DNA of 64,000 nt from Eledone cirrhosa (lineage: Eukaryota): the NCBI GenBank assembly GCA_964016885.1, contig OZ024758.1:3410001-3474000 (forward strand). The letters run 5' to 3'. This document shows, in pieces, positions 55,937 through 64,000 of the stretch. The notes beneath the pieces were generated by a model. The model did no database searches. It was given only the letters and a program-made list of their open reading frames with translations, and was not told the origin of the DNA. Both the position numbers and the translations under genes were made by a program. The stretch's first letter is position 1; each line of letters begins with the position of its first letter.

Positions 55937-56196
55937 TTTTAACCTGCAATAATACGATTGTATAACACATTTAATACTGATATGTTTCGTCAAAGAAACA
56001 AACGTCAGCTCTAATCTTTCCAAGGATATCCGAGGATTATGGAAAAGTAAAGGGAATAATATTAAATATTTCCATGAGGAGTTGATAGATCTTAAACTTC
56101 ATACTTCTGGTTAAACATTGTAAATTAAAGTCTATTTCAAATGGGAATCAGGTACAAGGTGATTATTTGAAACTAATTATATATATATATATATAT

Positions 56197-56454
56197 ATAT
56201 TGAAAGGATAACAAGGACGATTGGTTACTCCTTCATTACATTTATTGGTAGGTGACGCACGTTTCGCCACTGATCAGCTCAAGGTTCGTTCTGTATCGAT
56301 CTTACCCGACTCTATAATCGTCGAGCTGTCGATTATAGAGTCGGGTAAGATCGATACAGATCAAACCTTGAGCTGATCAGCGGCGAAACGCGCGTCACCT
56401 ACGAATAGATGTAATGAAGGAGTAACCAATCGTCCTTGTTATCCTTTCAATATA
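56197..56454. repeat. ~258-bp palindrome of a PLE-pLTR-like fragment
   Basis: ~125-bp arms with few mismatches, centre ~56325. Each arm has GCGAAACG(C/T)GCGTC. A single homologous arm lies at 59858-59945. Confidence 0.92.
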
Positions 56455-57086
56455 TTACACTCTGTATACCTCTACACCTCAACACAGAAGTGAACCTAAG
56501 CATCGATTGCTAACCCGGTTGAACCTGCAGTAACTCCAAGTTACACTCCCCATATATATAAATATATATATATATATAAAATTATATGTTTGAAGAAAAA
56601 TAATCATGTGAACGGAACTAAGTTTAAAATGTAACTTTGAAGAAATAACAGATAAACGCTGTCCTTTTAAATGATTATATATATATATATATATAATCCA
56701 AAGCCAAAGTCTTATTTGAACAAAGGCATTCGTCATGTACGTGGATCTTGAGCTAGCCAACGTGTTCTTGAGCTAGCCAACGTTCTGGAAATTTAACATC
56801 AAACGACTCACTACAAGAGTGCCTACATGAATATGCGGTCGTTGATGTGCCAAGGAGTCACATTATCCCAAACGACATGGTAAATAGTGAGTTTTGTTCT
56901 CCCTCCCATCTATCTATCTATCTATCTATCTCTCTATCTCTCCCCCACGGGTGGAATTATAAGCATGTTTGAGATAAGATGTGGTAACATTTCTCAGTGA
57001 TTTACACGCGCATGTGTGTGTATACTTAATGCCACATGCATGGACATGCAGGAATAGTGTAAATATACTATGTATGTATGTGTGTG

Positions 57087-58885
<1,799 letters not shown>

Positions 58886-58930
58886 TGTCGGTGTATATAT
58901 GTGTTTGTGTGTGTATAGTATATATATATA

Positions 58931-59055
58931 TATATGTCTGTGTTTGTATATGTGTTTGTGTATCTCTATGTGTGTGTGTATAGAAAATCGTATATGTCTG
59001 TGTTTGTATATGTGTTTGTGTATCTCTATGTGTGTGTGTATAGAAAATCGTATAT
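58931..59055. repeat. 60-bp tandem repeat x2
   Basis: TATATGTCTGTGTTTG...TAGAAAATCG occurs twice. Confidence 0.9.
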
Positions 59056-59633
59056 ATATGTGTATATAAAAGTGTATATATGTGTTTGCATGTATGTGCA
59101 TTTAAAAGTGTATATATGTGTTTGCATGTATGTGTATATATGTGTGTGCATGTATGTGTATATATGTGTGTGCATGTATGTGTATATATGTGTTTGCATG
59201 TATGTGTTTCTATGCCAGTATTGGTGTAGGGAAGGCTGCAGGAGGGAGTATCCGATATATTCTTTCATTTCTAATATTCACCGTTGTTTTTTGTCAGTTT
59301 CCTATTCCAAGCAATAACATCTTGTTAATAGAAATAAGAGAAAGACATCTTTTTCTCTGATCTTTGATGAAATTTCAAATTCAACTTCACATTCTCGGAT
59401 TATGGAAGTTGTAATCCGATTATCTCTCAACTGATTGTATATCTACAGGAAAACGTACACAAACACATATACATATACACACACACTACACATACATATA
59501 CACACACACACACAGGATAACACTGATGTACACAGGCACATAACCAAACACTTATTTACACAAACCAATTACGCACGCACATACATACATACATACATAC
59601 ATACATATTGGCAACATGACCCTCCCAAAGTAT

Positions 59634-59693
<60 letters not shown>

Positions 59694-59857
59694 CAGGCTA
59701 ATATAGACGTACGTACAATCATAGAGATACATTCAGAAACACGCTCATGTACACACATACATATATATATATGTATATTTATTTATACATACACAATCCA
59801 ACATATATATATATATATATATATAATTATAATAACAAAGAGTACGATGGGTTAGAT

Positions 59858-59945
59858 CTTCATTACGTTTATCGAGGTGTGACGCGCGTTTCGCGAATGA
59901 TCAACTCAAGGTTCGACTTGTATCGATCTGGACCGACTCTGGAAT
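59858..59945 (-). mobile_element. Single arm homologous to the 56197-56454 palindrome
   Basis: CTTCATTAC..GTGACGCGCGTTTCGC..TGATCA.CTCAAGGTTCG..TGTATCGATCT..CCGACTCT shared. Confidence 0.8.
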
Positions 59946-60005
59946 CAAAAGCACGTCGGATTTCTGTTATGGTAGTATTATTACAATCTCTTACACATGC
60001 TGCCC

Positions 60006-60103
60006 AGGTTAACTTTGCCTTTCATCCTTACGAGATCGATAAAATAAAGTACCAGTAATACACTGGAGTAATTGCTGGCCTTGTGCCAAAAGGAGAAACA
60101 AGT
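60006..60103 (+). mobile_element. Main SINE, 3' half
   Basis: Consensus match. Confidence 0.88.
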
Positions 60104-60370
60104 ATTACAATATATTTAGTACAACACCAACATACCTACTGGAAACCTTGCATCTAGTGCTGAGTGAGTCATGTGTATATAATTTGTTTTGACCTTAAAC
60201 TCCGTTGGACATGGCAATAATATTCTCCTTTTTATTTTGTCCTTTTTCTTCGTCTTTGTCTCCCCCTTCTACATCTTCCCCTTCTCCTTCCCGCTCTTGT
60301 TCTTCGCCTACCTATGTCTGAGACGTGTCAAATCATGCGTGCAGAGTCCTCAAACACACCGCTAATTCTA

Positions 60371-60480
60371 CGGATTGAGGGATCTAAGCTCCGATACTAT
60401 GGGCATGTGCTTATAATGTCTTAAGAAATTGACGCTGGAGAAATTGTACAGTTAAAAATCAACTGGTAGTAAACCCATGG
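60371..60480 (+). mobile_element. Small degenerate RTE fragment
   Basis: RIEGSKLRYYGHVLIMS*E aligns to QIERSQLRYCGHVVRMSQE at ~7079. Confidence 0.65.
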
Positions 60481-62827
60481 ACAGAAAGAAGAAACTTTAT
60501 TACCTAATAAGAATGACACAAACTCATTTGTTCTAAATTGTGTTTACACCCTGTATACCTTTAAATGACATAATTTGAGAAATACGTTCGATATGATGAT
60601 ATTATATATAATATAACGTTAACCCGGGTAATATGTCATATTCACTACTTAAACACTGTATCATTCATCTTCTAATGACTCTAATATTTGTCACATAATA
60701 TTACGACATAACTCGTTCATGTCAATTGGCCGTTCACCTTTTAATGCGATACCTAAACACCCTAATAATTGAATTAATCCAGGAACATTCAAATGGTTCT
60801 TGGAAAATTTTTCTTGAATCTCAATATTTCAAATAAGCTTTCTACACACGAGTTTGTTTCTTCAACAACTCGTTGCTTAACTGGATTATGTGTAATAAGT
60901 AAGACTTAAATATGATTTGAAATATTTCGTTGTGTGCTTGGCCGTGTGTATGTGTGTTTATGTGTTCTCTCGAAGAAACCTCCTATTGTAATTCGAGTGT
61001 TATCGAATAGATGTGTGAGAATTTCTTGTCTCTTAAGGTTCTAATATAATATACTCTAAGAATATTTCTGACAGTTATTGATGACGCTTAAACTTGGTGA
61101 CGATAACTTGTAAATACTTATTTATCACACAAGAGAATTTGCGTCAATGTTTGTAATAAAACTAATATAAACGCTAAATCGAAAAGTTATATATACTCCA
61201 TTCTACTACATGTTTTATAAGATTGATGCTAGAGTAGAAGCCATTGTTACGTTGAACCCTGCTATAATGAATAAGCAACATTTTTCAAGAACACTTCATT
61301 CATTTTATATGTCTATCCACTTCTCTATTTACTTTTGATTTTAATATCTACACATCAATGAGAGTTCTATTTGATTATGGAAATTTTGAAAGGATTTTAC
61401 ATTTAATTATTATAGAAACATATCTTAATGTTTGCCAAATATAATTAAATTAATTGCCCTATAAAGACTGTGATATCTTAATAAAAGAGCACACTTCCAA
61501 ATTCCATCAACACAAAGTAGAAAACGAAATGTTGCCATCATATATAATGCATCAGAAACACATCTTCCACTCGGATCGTTTCTTATCATCATTCTTTCCA
61601 ACGTGATATTATCATCAGAAAAAAACAAAGACTATAAATTTATTTAGTGATATGACTAACCACATTATATAATGCCAGTGTTGAATAGATATGACACGAA
61701 GTAGGTTAAAAGATTTTAGTTATCTGTTAACTCTAATCCAGTAGTATTATCATCAATGGTTTTTTTTCAAACGTAAGCGTTACATTTTACCAGATTTCAT
61801 TATCACCTCTTTATCTAATATTAGCTTTCATTTTCTTTAAAAATACAAATTCTGAAGACCCATAGAGGTTACTTCATTTTCTCGTGGAGGATATATGGTT
61901 AGTGAATATGTACTACATAACTCAGAATTACAAACTTAACTAAAGCCATTATATTTTGATATGAATGAGCATATTGCCGATATTATTCATTTCAAGTATG
62001 TTTCGGGATAATATATGTTTGTAGATAGATAAATACGTATCTTTGTTGGCTACCGGTAAGCATAACTAAGTGGTACACTTTAAACATTGCAATTAATTAA
62101 ACAGACGCATTGTTCTGCTATTTTTAGGCAAGAGATTAGGACGCTGCCAAGCGAAAAACAAACTTCTTATGGAATGGCGACAGTAGGACTGCATAATATC
62201 TTATACTAGCAAAAACATTTTCTAATTAATGTCTTACGTTTATAATCAAAATAAAAGACATCTTTCTAGAATGTTCTTGTCATAGATGCAATGAAATATA
62301 TCTAATATGCCGTAGCCCCCAATAGACAAAACTGCCGTACAATATGGCGTCAACGAAGAGAAAAATGCAAATATTATTTTTAGCAGGGCGGAAAACCATT
62401 ATATTAGATGAGTAGAAAATCATACACAATACAGTATATAGTCTTCTTATATTTTAAATAGGTTAAGGTATGCTATTTGTTTCTTTTGCAAATAATGTTA
62501 TCTGACGAAATCTATGTGGCACATATGTGTCAAATTACAGCACATAGATGGCAGTGTGCATAACACAGCCACGCATACAAATAGGCAGGAAGGCATTATA
62601 ATACCACATATAGACAAACAAACATACCTAGAATGTCATCCCAAATAATGGTTATTAAAAAAAGCATACGATGCATTACATTTTGTTTCAAATCGGTCCA
62701 TTTAAAATTCTAAAAACAGAACATTTCGTTATCCTAAAATGACTAGTATCGCCCTCTCAATCTCTTTCTTTCTTTCTCTCCCCTCTTTCTTTCTTTCTCT
62801 CCCTCTATACTTCTCTCTCTCTATATA

Positions 62828-62867
<40 letters not shown>

Positions 62868-62909
62868 CCTCCCTATCTCTTTTTCTTTATTTCTCTCTCT
62901 CTCTGTATT

Positions 62910-62981
62910 TATGTATGTATGTATATATAAATATATATGTGTATATTTATTTATGTATGATTATGTATGTATGTATGTATG

Positions 62982-63042
<61 letters not shown>

Positions 63043-63061
63043 GTATATATATATATGTATG

Positions 63062-63092
<31 letters not shown>

Positions 63093-63197
63093 GTATATAT
63101 ATATATATATGTATATATATGTATATATACATATATACATGTATATTTATTTATGTATGAATATATATGCATATTTGTATGTATGTATATATGTATG
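62910..63197. repeat. (TA)n/(TATG)n microsatellite
   Basis: Directly visible. Confidence 0.93.
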
Positions 63198-63831
63198 TTC
63201 TTCTGGTTTTATAATTACACAAAGTTTTACCAATAGAGAGAGAGTCGGTTTCTAACATAGACACAAGACTCTCTCATTGGAATTTACACATCAACTAGGT
63301 AGATATGTATGTATGTCTGTATGCATGCATGTGTAGATATGGATGTTATTGTATGTGTGGATGTGTATGTTTTGAGTTGTATCTGTACATGTGTATATGC
63401 AGTTATTTAGTGCAACATTTTTGAAATGTTTTACATATTTTTACTGTTCCATTAATGGATTGTACTTGTAATTTCCGAACTAGTTGTGCTCTTTCTGTTC
63501 CTGTGAAGCCAAGCTTCTCAAGATTTGTATTGAGGCAGTTACTAACATATCCCACTGCCCCAATAATCACAGGCATAAATCTGAAGGTGTAATCAGGTTG
63601 GAGTATCTGCAGATTTCTCATCAGTTCTGCATAAATATTCTCCTTTTCACTAATCTTAGATATAATATTGGCATCTGCTGGGCAGCTAATTTCCACTACT
63701 GTGCTTCTTTTCTTCTCCCTGTCCCATATCATAATATCTGGTCTGTTATGCCAGCATTTTATTGGGGTTTTTACAGGAACATTCCACCAGTACTCTTTCA
63801 TATTATGTACATGGATGTCTTCCACATTGTT
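63198..63831 (-). mobile_element. R4/Dong-like LINE 3' end with open REL (PD-(D/E)xK-type) endonuclease frame
   Basis: YWWNVPVKT...HNRPDIMIWDREKK..VVEISCP......EKENIYAEL...PVIIGAVG is characteristic of R4-clade REL endonucleases. The ORF N-terminus is microsatellite read-through. Confidence 0.88.
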
Positions 63832-64000
63832 GTATGTATGTATATATATATATATGCATGTATGTAGATGTATGTATGTATATATAAGTATATATATATT
63901 TATGTAAATATGTGAGTGTGTATGTGAGTGTGTATGCTTGCCTGTATATGTGTACAGTTTCCAGTGTGTGTATATATATGCATACAAAGACATAATTATA

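Overview
This is AT-rich, microsatellite-laden eukaryotic DNA, intronic or intergenic, with no credible host exon. The dominant ~190-bp SINE closely resembles the abundant octopod SINE as I recall it, so a cephalopod (octopod) genome is likely; that assignment is inference. All long 'YIYI/HTHT' ORFs are artefacts of (TA)n/(CA)n repeats. Recognisable content: >20 copies of one SINE (several with 13-19 bp TSDs), a second tRNA-headed SINE, RTE-type LINE 3' fragments, two 5'-truncated R4/Dong-like REL-endonuclease LINE copies in (CATA)n, degenerate Penelope-like (PLE) ORF remnants, MITE/hAT-like relics, and a ~470-bp foldback element with two converging tRNA-like promoters. The most notable signal is several short non-coding repeat families in (TA)n tracts carrying type I hammerhead-ribozyme motifs (PLE pLTR-like). 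Some have atypical cores (CAGAAGA, U-U at the base of stem II, ~67-nt stem II). In several copies the DNA is a near-perfect fold-back palindrome centred on the predicted stem II. All alignments and folds were done by eye.
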